This document shows, one piece after another, positions 1 through 8,363 of a DNA stretch of 64,000 nucleotides (its first letter is position 1; the number at the start of each line of letters is the position of its first letter). Origin of the DNA: Actinomycetota bacterium (lineage in GTDB: Bacteria > Actinomycetota > CADDZG01 > WHSQ01); assembly GCA_013697295.1 (NCBI GenBank), contig JACCXF010000202.1, forward strand, positions 4,027-68,026. Direction: 5' to 3'. A program made the translations under genes and the position numbers. The notes under the pieces are model-generated. The model made no database searches and was not told where the DNA came from. It saw only the letters and a list, made by a program, of their open reading frames with translations.

Positions 1-903
1 GTTGCGCGCGGAGGGCTTCCGTTGCTGGCGCAGCGTGAAGGTGGCCCCCGGCAGGAGAACGGCCACCGTGTCACCGGCCCCGATGTCGTGGATCGCGTCG
101 GGCGAGGTGTGATTGAGATGGTCGGCGGTAGCGAACCCCCATCGGGCCGCGAATGAGGCCGCCTGACCATCCTCGAGTTGATCGCCGTGCATGCGCATCC
201 GCAAACCCAGGGGTCTCGCCGCCTCGGCCAGCCGGGCCGCGTGTTCCAGGGCGAACGCGATCGACTCGACGTAGATATCGCAGGCCTCCGCCAGGCCCTC
301 TTCCGCGATCCTAGGCAGCAGGTCCGAAGCCACCTCGCCTATCCACTCCCCCGCCGACTTCTCCTTCGGGATCGCGTGAGCGGCGAGGCACGTGGTGGTG
401 GTCGTCTGCTTTACCCGGGACGCCAGCGTCCGCGCCAGCTGCAGCTGCCTGATCTCTGCCGCTATCGACAGGCCGTAGCCGGACTTCATCTCGAATGTCG
501 TGGTGCCTCGCTCGAGCATCGAGTTCGCCAGCGACTCGCCGAACTCCAGGACCTCGGCGTCGGATGCCTCACCCAGCATCCTGGCCGACCGGAAGATCCC
601 ACCATCCTCGCCGTGCAAGGTCTCATACCGCGCGCCACCCAACCGCGCCGCGTCTTCGTCGGCCCTCCATCCGAAGAACGGAAGATGCGTGTGACAGTCG
701 ACGAAACCCGGCACGACCGTGCAGCCGGAGGCGTCGAAACCCCCCTGGCCCGAAACCGTCGGTCCCACTTGAGCGACGCGATCTTCCTCGAAGGCGACCG
801 AAGCGTTGGCTAGGACATCGATCGAGGTCAGGTCCGGCCCGCGCACCGGAACGGCGGCGAAGGGCACAAGCGACGCCGCATCGCGTAGCACGAGAGAGCT
901 CAT
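1..903 (-). CDS. hutI: imidazolonepropionase (partial; C-terminus lies beyond window start)
   Basis: Not in ORF track because it runs off the edge. Hand translation of minus strand from ATG 903..901 gives MSSLVLRDAASLV..VVPGFVDCHTHLPFFGW..GGIFRSARML..GTTTFEMKSGYGL..MHGDQL..TADHLNH, the HutI/amidohydrolase pattern. Frame is open to position 1. ATG overlaps the upstream stop (TGATG). Confidence 0.8.
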   Translation of the reverse strand, partial: MSSLVLRDAASLVPFAAVPVRGPDLTSIDVLANASVAFEEDRVAQVGPTVSGQGGFDASGCTVVPGFVDCHTHLPFFGWRADEDAARLGGARYETLHGEDGGIFRSARMLGEASDAEVLEFGESLANSMLERGTTTFEMKSGYGLSIAAEIRQLQLARTLASRVKQTTTTTCLAAHAIPKEKSAGEWIGEVASDLLPRIAEEGLAEACDIYVESIAFALEHAARLAEAARPLGLRMRMHGDQLEDGQAASFAARWGFATADHLNHTSPDAIHDIGAGDTVAVLLPGATFTLRQQRKPSARN

Positions 904-1928
904 CAGTCGCCTCGGTCTCGCGCTCGACGATCTGCCTTCTTGAAAGCGAAGGTCCCGTCCTCGCGTTCGATCCGTTCGATCTCGCCACGCTCCATGAGGT
1001 AGACGAGGTGGGCCAGGGCCTCGCCCAATGCCAGGCGGCGCTGGAAGTTCAATAGCGTGGTGCCGAAGATCTCATCCGTGATCTCGTCCGCCGAGCGTGG
1101 CTCGTGACGGATCACCTGCAGTATCGAGCCGAGACGACGATCGTGATGCCGCGCGATAACGCGCGCGCGCCCTCCCCCGTCGTCGAAGGGGCGACCGTGA
1201 CCGGGAAGCACGAGAGCGGGGTCCAGCGCCTCGATCTTGTCCAGGGAAGCGAGGAACTCGCCCAGAGGATCGTCCGTCTCTCCGCGCCGGAAATCGATGT
1301 GAGGTGTGATAGCCGCGAGAAGATGATCGCCCGACAGCAGCGCCCGTTCTTCAGGTGCCCATAAACAGATGTGGGAGCTCGAATGGCCGGGCGTGTGGAT
1401 GACCTGCCAGGTGCGGCTCCCTGCGGCTATCTCCTCGCCCCCCTCGAGCCACGTGCCGGCGTCGACGACCCCGGAGATGAAGGGGCTCCAATCCTCGAAC
1501 GCCGTGAGCTCCTGGACCTCGGTGGGCCCCACACCATGCTCGGCGAATGTCTTCCGGAGGCGAGCGATCGTGTCCTGGGGGTTCCGGTAGAACCCGAGAT
1601 CGAACTCGGCGGCCTTGTGCATCCAGAGCTCGCATCCACTTCTCTCTACCATTCGAGCCGCCATGCCGTAGTGATCGATGTGCGTGTGCGTGATCACCAG
1701 CCTGCTAACGTCCTCTACGGCGACATCACAGACCTCGAGCGAGCGCACCAGAGCGTCCCAACCGTGATCGTCCTCCTCCGAGGGAGCGAAGATCCCGCAG
1801 TCCACGAGCGTCGCGCCGTCAGGTTCCGTCAAGAGGTACGCATTGACGCGATCGAGTCCGGGGAAAGGCAGTGGAAGTACCAGGCGGAAGACACCCGGCA
1901 ACGGCTCCCGCCGGCGCGGTGGTCTCAA
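903..1928 (-). CDS. MBL-fold metallo-hydrolase
   Basis: 341-aa ORF with HxHxDH motif (ITHTHIDHYGM) and downstream HTPGHS. C-terminal part looks winged-helix-like. Confidence 0.8.
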   Translation of the reverse strand: MRPPRRREPLPGVFRLVLPLPFPGLDRVNAYLLTEPDGATLVDCGIFAPSEEDDHGWDALVRSLEVCDVAVEDVSRLVITHTHIDHYGMAARMVERSGCELWMHKAAEFDLGFYRNPQDTIARLRKTFAEHGVGPTEVQELTAFEDWSPFISGVVDAGTWLEGGEEIAAGSRTWQVIHTPGHSSSHICLWAPEERALLSGDHLLAAITPHIDFRRGETDDPLGEFLASLDKIEALDPALVLPGHGRPFDDGGGRARVIARHHDRRLGSILQVIRHEPRSADEITDEIFGTTLLNFQRRLALGEALAHLVYLMERGEIERIEREDGTFAFKKADRRARDRGD

Positions 1929-1961
1929 AGACGACTCGCTCTAGGTTGCACCCGGCGAGTC

Positions 1962-2171
1962 CTACTCGTGCAGCTGTTCTTTGATGACGAACGAGATGCG
2001 AACGAGAACCCTGTACTTGAGCTCGCCGTCCGAGACCAGGCCGTCGATGCGTTCGACCTCGAAAGTTGTCACTCCTTGGAGCGTCAGGCTGGCTCGGTGC
2101 ACCGCCGAACCCACGGCCTCTTCGATCGTGCTTCCGGTCGCCGTAAGGTCTATGGACTTCTCGATCGACAT
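1962..2171 (-). CDS. dodecin family flavin-binding protein
   Basis: 69-aa ORF. Size and pattern (TGSTIEEAVGSAV..FEVERIDG..YRVLVRISF) fit dodecin. SD AAGGGGG lies about 8 nt upstream of the ATG. Confidence 0.65.
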   Translation of the reverse strand: MSIEKSIDLTATGSTIEEAVGSAVHRASLTLQGVTTFEVERIDGLVSDGELKYRVLVRISFVIKEQLHE

Positions 2172-2570
2172 CGCGCTACCCCCTTTTCGGAACTGGGGTC
2201 ATCCTAGTTGGCGGCGCGAGGGGCCCCGCCATAAAGGGCGCGTTAGCGCGCGATCGGCGACGTAAAGGTGGGAGTCCGGTGACAACGGACGGACGGACGG
2301 TGCGCGGCCACCGCGCGGCGGCGGTGATCCTTCGCAAGCACGTCACGTGAGATCGCGAACCACCACTTCGTCGCCGGCAGCTTCAACGAAGCATTTCGGG
2401 GGCCGGAGAGCCACGGACAGCTACGTGTTTGATCCATGACGTATCTCTTCCCACGTATGCGGAAAGCATGATTCCCATTCGCCGGGCATGCCCGTTTATG
2501 TCCGAAACACCCAAGAAAAACTTTTCCAAACGAAACAAGCAACGCGAACTCTCATCCCACCCGAGAAGTT

Positions 2571-2683
2571 CCCCCCGAGGGGGGTCTGGGGGGAGTAGGT
2601 CGTCTCGACGACCGATCCCCCCAGGGGTTGCCGCAGGCCGGCATGGAATGCCGGCCGTGGAGCAAGGGTTGCGGCAGCAACCC
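2571..2683. other. cluster of three consecutive GC-rich hairpins just downstream of the HD-GYP gene
   Basis: Three hairpins: CCCCCC-GA-GGGGGG (2571-2584); GGGGGG..GGTCGTC-TC-GACGACC..CCCCCC (2588-2622); GGGTTGC..GGCCGGCAT-GGA-ATGCCGGCC..GCAACCC (2624-2683). May act as a terminator block for the minus-strand gene or be part of an RNA. Confidence 0.45.
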
Positions 2684-2703
2684 GCCGCGTGCGGACATAA
2701 GAA

Positions 2704-3876
2704 CTAGAGGGCTGCGACCTCGTGGAGAGATATCACTTCGTCACGGATGCGGTCGAATGCGTCCACCACCTCCGGATCGAACTGCCGTCCGCGCTCCCCT
2801 GCTATCTCCTCGAGAGCCCGGTCGAGGCTCCACGCCTGCTTATAGGGCCGCTTGTGGATAAGTGCGTCGAAGACGTCCGCCAGCGCCACCACTCGTCCGA
2901 TCAATGGGATCTCCGGGCCCGCCAGCCCCCGCGGGTAGCCGCCGCCGGCCCATCTCTCGTGGTGAGTAATCGCGATCTCCTCGGCCAGTCGCAATAGCTC
3001 GAAGCGATTCTCGGAGAGGATGCGGGCGCCGATGACGGTGTGGTCCTTCATGCGGGTGAACTCAGCCGGAGACAGATGCCCCTCCTTCAACAGGATGGCG
3101 TCGGGGATCCCTATCTTTCCGATGTCGTGTAGCTGGGCTGCACGGAAAACCAGGTCGCCGTCGCCGTCCGGGGCCACCCCGAGCTCGAGCGCCAGGAGCG
3201 CCGCCGTGCGACCGACTCTCTCGGTGTGCCGCAAGGTAGCGTCATCGCGATACTCCGCGGCCAACGCAAGACGCTGAAGGATCTCGACCCTCAGGTCTTC
3301 CAGCTCGCGCGTCCGCTCTCGCACCGCCAGCTCCAGCACGCGATTCTCGTCCTTCAAGGTCTGGTGCAACATGCGCGTCTCGAGCAGGTTTCGCACGCGG
3401 AGCAGCGCTTCGGCGCTATCGAACGGCTTCGTCAGAAACTCTTTGGCTCCTCCCAAGAGGGCTCGCTGGCGGATCTCCGGTGACAGATCGGCGGTCAGCA
3501 CCAGGATCGGAAGAGGTGCGTGGGGTGAGGCGTGGCGCGACATCTCGGCCATGATCTCGAGCCCCCCCAGCTGTGGCATGTGCAGATCCAGGATCAACAG
3601 GTCTGGGTCGCTCTCTTCGATCGTGGGGATGGCGAGGCGCGGATCCGTCACTCCGATCACGTTCAGGTAGCCGTCCAGCGCCAGGACCTCGGTCAGCAAC
3701 TGAACGATCGAATCCGAGTCATCGACGACCACTATCCGCGCGGCCCGCAGGGCCTCTTTCATCGTCAGGCCGCCGTTCTTCACCAGTCCGCCCCGGTAGG
3801 GCTTGGATAGCGGGTATTCGACCGGCGGGACGTAGTTCCTGCTAGGCGGGCCGGATTTTCGCCGTCCATTCTGCAC
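2704..3876 (-). CDS. response regulator with REC and HD-GYP domains (c-di-GMP phosphodiesterase type)
   Basis: REC (RIVVVDDSDS..DLLILDLHMPQLGG..TKPF) followed by HD-GYP (QLHDIGKIGIP..HHERWAGGGYPRGL). GTG at 3876 is the ORF maximum; ATG at 3762 (MKEALRAARIVVVDD) is an equally plausible start. Confidence 0.85.
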   Translation of the reverse strand: MQNGRRKSGPPSRNYVPPVEYPLSKPYRGGLVKNGGLTMKEALRAARIVVVDDSDSIVQLLTEVLALDGYLNVIGVTDPRLAIPTIEESDPDLLILDLHMPQLGGLEIMAEMSRHASPHAPLPILVLTADLSPEIRQRALLGGAKEFLTKPFDSAEALLRVRNLLETRMLHQTLKDENRVLELAVRERTRELEDLRVEILQRLALAAEYRDDATLRHTERVGRTAALLALELGVAPDGDGDLVFRAAQLHDIGKIGIPDAILLKEGHLSPAEFTRMKDHTVIGARILSENRFELLRLAEEIAITHHERWAGGGYPRGLAGPEIPLIGRVVALADVFDALIHKRPYKQAWSLDRALEEIAGERGRQFDPEVVDAFDRIRDEVISLHEVAAL

Positions 3877-3954
3877 TCTTCGGGCGAATCGACCCTATCG
3901 GGTGCCCTGACGGGCTCCAAAGGGGCTCGCAGCGGGCTCAGCAGGGGTGCCGTG

Positions 3955-3984
3955 GAGGCCCGAAAATGGTGCTGCGCGGGCCTC
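3955..3984 (-). terminator. hairpin just downstream of gdh stop
   Basis: GAGGCCCG (3955-3962) pairs with CGGGCCTC (3977-3984), with a 14-nt loop. No clear U-tract follows. Confidence 0.3.
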
Positions 3985-3987
3985 GGC

Positions 3988-5340
3988 CTAGACGTAGCCC
4001 CTCAGCTCGGCGGCGCGGGCCACCCGCTCGACGGCGATATCGAAGCCCGCGTCCCTCAGTGACGTTTCGTCGTGTTCGGAGCGCGAGAAGACTGCTTCCG
4101 TCGCCTTGGTCATCCGCTTCTTGAGCTCGAAATTTACGTTGTCGATCTCCCACCGGAACTCCTGGATGTTCTGGACCCACTCGAAGTAGGAAACCGTGAC
4201 GCCGCCGGCATTCGCCAGGATGTCCGGCACCACCATCACTCCGTTCTCGGCGAGGATCTTGTCGGCCACCGGCGTGATGGGGCCGTTCGCAGCCTCCACA
4301 ACGAGCTGCGTGCGTACCTTGTCGGCGTTGTCGCTCGTGATAACACCCTCGATCGCGGCCGGGATGAGGATGTCGCACTCGATCTCGAGAAGATCGTCGT
4401 TCGACACCTTGTCCCCGTCCTCGTGATCCCCAACCGTCTCTGCATCTGCAGTGAACGAATGGAGGTCCTGGATGTCGAGTCCCTCTTTGTTGTAGATGCC
4501 GCTGGTCACGTCGGAAACCGCAACGACTTTGGCTCCCGCCTCGCTTGCCAGTCGCGCCGCCCAGTACCCGACGTTTCCGAATCCCTGGATCACGACCGAC
4601 GCATCGCGGAACTGCATGTTGCGCTTCTTGGCGATCTCGCGCGCGCAGATGACGACCCCGCGGCCGGTAGCCTCCTCACGGCCTGGGGAACCGCCCAACT
4701 CGACAGGCTTGCCCGTGACGATGCCGGGCGTGTACCCATACTTCTGCCCGTAGGCATCCATCATCCAGGCCATGGTCTGCGCGTTCGTCCCCATGTCGGG
4801 AGCGGGGATGTCGCGTTGCACGCCGATGATGTAGCCGATCATGGACGTGAATCGACGCGTCAAGCGCTCGAGCTCCCCCTCAGACAACTTCCTGGGGTCG
4901 CACTGCACCCCCCCCTTGGCGCCGCCGAAGGGAACGTCCACCAAGGCGTTCTTCCACGTCATGAGGGCAGCCAGAGCCCGGACCTCGTCGAGGTCTGCGC
5001 TGGGATGGAACCGAACACCACCTTTGTAGGGGCCTCTGGCACCATTGTGCTGAATCCTGTAACCACGGTGCACCTTGATGAATCCGTCATCCATCTTGAC
5101 GGGGACCTGAACGGCCATCTCTCTGTACGTGCTCGCGAGCACCGATCGCATCTCGTCCCGCAGGCCGAGTCGGTCGGCGGCGAGATGGAAGAAGTAGGTC
5201 GCCGCCTCGAATGGAGTCATCTCGTCGTGCGCCTCGACTACCGGCGGGGCCGAACCCATCTCGGTTGCGGTATCTCTCGATTCCTCGAGGGCCTCTTGCT
5301 CCTCGGGTTCGTTTGGTTTCGACGTCTTCTCAGCGGACAC
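3988..5340 (-). CDS. gdh: glutamate dehydrogenase (Glu/Leu/Phe/Val dehydrogenase family)
   Basis: 450-aa ORF with catalytic VPFGGAKGGVQCDP and Rossmann motif IQGFGNVGYWAA. Confidence 0.9.
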   Translation of the reverse strand: MSAEKTSKPNEPEEQEALEESRDTATEMGSAPPVVEAHDEMTPFEAATYFFHLAADRLGLRDEMRSVLASTYREMAVQVPVKMDDGFIKVHRGYRIQHNGARGPYKGGVRFHPSADLDEVRALAALMTWKNALVDVPFGGAKGGVQCDPRKLSEGELERLTRRFTSMIGYIIGVQRDIPAPDMGTNAQTMAWMMDAYGQKYGYTPGIVTGKPVELGGSPGREEATGRGVVICAREIAKKRNMQFRDASVVIQGFGNVGYWAARLASEAGAKVVAVSDVTSGIYNKEGLDIQDLHSFTADAETVGDHEDGDKVSNDDLLEIECDILIPAAIEGVITSDNADKVRTQLVVEAANGPITPVADKILAENGVMVVPDILANAGGVTVSYFEWVQNIQEFRWEIDNVNFELKKRMTKATEAVFSRSEHDETSLRDAGFDIAVERVARAAELRGYV

Positions 5341-5349
5341 GATTCCCCC

Positions 5350-6273
5350 CTACTTCGCCGGTGCGATGACCTCCACTGACTCGTCTACCCGCTCCGTCAC
5401 ACTTCTCAACTCCCCTGAAAGGAATGCCCGGGTGTGCTCGTACGACAGATCTATGAGCCGCGCAGTGAAGTCCATCGAAGCGAAGGGAACATAGAAGTCC
5501 AACGGCGCAGCCGGGATGAGGATCAGCTCTACCTTCGAGGCGTACAACGGGACCTCGATGTCGAAGCGTTGAGAGCGAGCCAGCCCGAAGGCGTGAACGA
5601 GGTAGTCGATGGGGCGGTTCAGGGGCCTGTGCTGTGCGTTGTTCTGCGCTGTGGCATCCAGGACGTAGACCGTGCGGGCTCCCATATCCACGGCGGGAGC
5701 GACGGGGACGTTGTTTGCGACGCCTCCATCGATGTATTTGCGGCCCTCGATCTCGACCGGGGGAAAGATTCCCGGCATCGCTATCGAGGCCAGCAGGGTG
5801 GGCAGGATCTCACCCGATGTGAAGGTGCGATCCTTGCCGGTGGCCAGATCCGTCGCAAGGATCCCAAGAGTCAACTGTGCATCGTCGAAGACGGCGTTTC
5901 CGATGCGCGTGGTTACGAGCTTGCGAATGCCGCTGTTCTCGAAGATGCGATTCCCTCGGACGAGCATCCGGGCCCACGAGGCTTTGAAGCGACCTCCCGG
6001 GAACAGATCCGTGTCCTGTAGACCTCTCCAGATGGTCTCGAGTCGATCCGTGCCCGCCGTGGTCGGGTCCAGCGCCAAGAAGGTCGCGTTGAGTGCGCCG
6101 ACCGACGACCCAACGACCATGTCCGGCATGACCCCATGCTCGAACAACGCACGCATCTGGCCCACCTGTAGCGCACCGAGCGGACCTCCTCCCGAGAAAG
6201 CGAAGGCGACGCCCCCTCGACGGCGCGAGGCGAGTCTCTTGAGCCACTGGGCCCTCGAGGGGTAAGACTTCAT
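5350..6273 (-). CDS. patatin-like phospholipase
   Basis: Oxyanion FSGGGPLGA, nucleophile elbow GSSVGA, and DGG (YIDGGVANN). Confidence 0.85.
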   Translation of the reverse strand: MKSYPSRAQWLKRLASRRRGGVAFAFSGGGPLGALQVGQMRALFEHGVMPDMVVGSSVGALNATFLALDPTTAGTDRLETIWRGLQDTDLFPGGRFKASWARMLVRGNRIFENSGIRKLVTTRIGNAVFDDAQLTLGILATDLATGKDRTFTSGEILPTLLASIAMPGIFPPVEIEGRKYIDGGVANNVPVAPAVDMGARTVYVLDATAQNNAQHRPLNRPIDYLVHAFGLARSQRFDIEVPLYASKVELILIPAAPLDFYVPFASMDFTARLIDLSYEHTRAFLSGELRSVTERVDESVEVIAPAK

Positions 6274-6342
6274 CTCACTCTCATGAGCACATCATCGGCC
6301 CATTCGCCCGTTTGCTGAGTACTCCCGGATCGACCAAGTCCC

Positions 6343-6798
6343 TCAGCGGCTGGCCTTCTTCTTCGCGCTGGAGGCGGTCTTGCGAGCCTTCTTCGTCGTC
6401 TTGGCCGACTGCGCCCGTGCCTTGGTGGCCGCCGCCGAACCCTTGGCGCGCGCTGCGGACGTCGAGGACTTCGCTGCCTTCTTCGTGGCGTCGGCCGCTT
6501 TCCGGGCGGTCTTCCGGGCGGTCTTCGCTTCCTTCGACCCGGTCACCGTCTGCGCACCCTTGCGAGACTGATCCACGGCGGTCTTCACGAGCGCAACGGC
6601 CGCTCCGGCCGCGACCTTGGCTGCATCTCCGGCCACCTTCACCGACTTCCTGGCCCGCTTGGCCTCGCGGGTCTTAGACACCTGCTTGGCCGTCTTGCCG
6701 GCCGTCTCGACTGCCTTCTTGCCCACATTCGACATGCTCTTGGCGGCGACCTTGATCTGCTTGCTCGCCTGCGCTCTCTGCTTGCTGGGTCTAGCCAT
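6343..6798 (-). CDS. Lys/Ala-rich histone H1-like (nucleoid-associated type) protein
   Basis: 151 aa from ATG 6798, preceded by SD GAAGGAGGG at 5-nt spacing (ORF-track maximum is 6825). Composition is dominated by K, A, T, S and R (..KTARKTARKAADATKKAAK..KKARKTASSAKKKASR) with no globular domain visible. Confidence 0.7.
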   Translation of the reverse strand: MARPSKQRAQASKQIKVAAKSMSNVGKKAVETAGKTAKQVSKTREAKRARKSVKVAGDAAKVAAGAAVALVKTAVDQSRKGAQTVTGSKEAKTARKTARKAADATKKAAKSSTSAARAKGSAAATKARAQSAKTTKKARKTASSAKKKASR

Positions 6799-6880
6799 TG
6801 AGGCCCTCCTTCGGGTGTGTGGCAAGAATCTACCCTCTCCGGGGGCCGGGTTCGGCGCGCCGGCGCCCGTCCCAGAGGAC

Positions 6881-7117
6881 CTACCGGTCGAGGTGGATCC
6901 GAAGCCAGGTGCGTCGACCGCAAGCCGGACAGCGGAACCACGAATGGTGGTATTTCACGACCGGCAGGTGGAAATGCACGGGGAACATGAGGGCGGCCAG
7001 CTCGACGAGGGATACGCGCGTCTCCTCCCGACACGAGGAGCACTCGACGGTGCATGTCATGGGTTTGCGCTCGGTGGCGCTGTAAAGCGCGTGCTTCCCG
7101 ATCGGCCCATCGCTCAT
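6881..7117 (-). CDS. small zinc-ribbon-like protein coupled to ParA
   Basis: 78 aa with two CxxC pairs (CSSC, CPAC). Its ATG overlaps the ParA stop (ATGA at 7114-7117). Confidence 0.6.
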   Translation of the reverse strand: MSDGPIGKHALYSATERKPMTCTVECSSCREETRVSLVELAALMFPVHFHLPVVKYHHSWFRCPACGRRTWLRIHLDR

Positions 7118-7869
7118 GGAGACGCCTTCTCGATAACGGTGGCGAGCTCGCGGTAGGCCTCTGCCCCCGGATGACTCGGAGCGAATGAGACGATCGACCT
7201 ACCCACCTGCGTGGCCTCGGCGAAGCGGATCGACTTCCGAACGGGCGGTTCAAGCAATGGAACGCCGTAGCGACTGCCGATGTCGGCAAGAACCTCACGC
7301 GCATGGCGGGTCCGCCCATCGAACATGGTCGCGACGAGACCTATGACCTCGAGATCGGGGTTGGTGAAGTGACGGATGTCGCCGAGGGTCTCGATCAGCT
7401 GACCCACGGCACGGTGGGAGAGCGCCTCGGCGAGCAACGGGATTACGACTTCCTGCGCCGCAGTGAGCCCGTTGATAGTGAGGATCCCGAGTGATGGAGG
7501 GCAATCGATCAACACGTAGTCGTACATCGGAAGCACTTCTCTCAATGCTCGCTCGAGCGCGTACTCCCGGCCGGTCTTGGCCAGCAACACGGCCTCCGCC
7601 CCTGCGAGGTCGATGTTCGCTGGCACCAGATCGACCTCTCGAGCCTGGATGACTTTCTGCATGGGAAGCCGGCGAATAAGCACGTCGTTGATCGTCTCGT
7701 CGAGCGCGTCGGGGTCGATCCCCAGCGAATAGGTCAACGCTCCCTGTGGATCGAGGTCTATAGCGAGTACGCGCAGCCCGCGCTCGCCAAGGGCCGCCGC
7801 GATCGACACCGTCGTAGTGGTCTTGGCTACGCCACCCTTCTGATTCGCGAACGCGATGATGCGAACCAT
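7114..7869 (-). CDS. ParA/Soj-family ATPase (orphan, no ParB nearby)
   Basis: Deviant Walker A at the N-terminus (IAFANQKGGVAKTTTTV); 251 aa, typical ParA length. Confidence 0.9.
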   Translation of the reverse strand: MVRIIAFANQKGGVAKTTTTVSIAAALGERGLRVLAIDLDPQGALTYSLGIDPDALDETINDVLIRRLPMQKVIQAREVDLVPANIDLAGAEAVLLAKTGREYALERALREVLPMYDYVLIDCPPSLGILTINGLTAAQEVVIPLLAEALSHRAVGQLIETLGDIRHFTNPDLEVIGLVATMFDGRTRHAREVLADIGSRYGVPLLEPPVRKSIRFAEATQVGRSIVSFAPSHPGAEAYRELATVIEKASP

Positions 7870-8328
7870 CTAATGGCCGTCCGCCGGTGGGAAGTTCACA
7901 TCTATCCCGAGCTCGACGAGCAGCCTCTTGACCTCGCTTGGGGGCCACCCGCGATCGCGCAACGCGAGGACGAGACCGGCCGCCGCCTCGCTCATGTCCT
8001 CGCGCTCGAATGACTCGTAGCCATCGAGAAAGCCGCGCGCGTAATCCCAGGAGACATACTCGTCGGGATCCGGCTCGAAAGCGGGTTCGTGTACCGGCGA
8101 CTCCCCCTGCTCGAGCATCTCCTTGAGGTTGCCAGCGAGGAGGTCCCAAGCCAGGTAGTGGTCTTCGTCACAGTCGGGACAATAGAAAACCGTGCCCTTG
8201 AGCCCTTTCGGGCCCAGAACTTCCTTCAGGACCTGAACGTCGACCAGATCCTGTCGTAGGCCCTCACGTTCCTCTTCGGTTATCTCCTGCTCCGGCTCGT
8301 CGTCGAACGAACCTGTGGGGTCTGACAT
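7870..8328 (-). CDS. conserved acidic protein with CPDC motif (possibly DUF5319-like)
   Basis: 152 aa, strongly acidic (FYCPDCDEDHYLAWDLLAGNLKEML..HEPAFEPDPDEYVSWDYARG). Its stop directly abuts the ParA ATG. The family name is from memory only. Confidence 0.6.
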   Translation of the reverse strand: MSDPTGSFDDEPEQEITEEEREGLRQDLVDVQVLKEVLGPKGLKGTVFYCPDCDEDHYLAWDLLAGNLKEMLEQGESPVHEPAFEPDPDEYVSWDYARGFLDGYESFEREDMSEAAAGLVLALRDRGWPPSEVKRLLVELGIDVNFPPADGH

Positions 8329-8363
8329 GGGGTCATCGTATGCGCTCGATGTGCGTGGCTACC

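Noticed and set aside
2172-2400. FMN (RFN) riboswitch upstream of the flavin-binding dodecin gene. Fluoride, ZTP and guanidine motifs were also considered.
   Set aside because: The conserved RFN blocks (GGGTGAAATTCCC, ACCGGCGGT) are absent. The only partial match (AGTCCGGTGA) is on the wrong strand. The other matches were limited to 5-7 nt.
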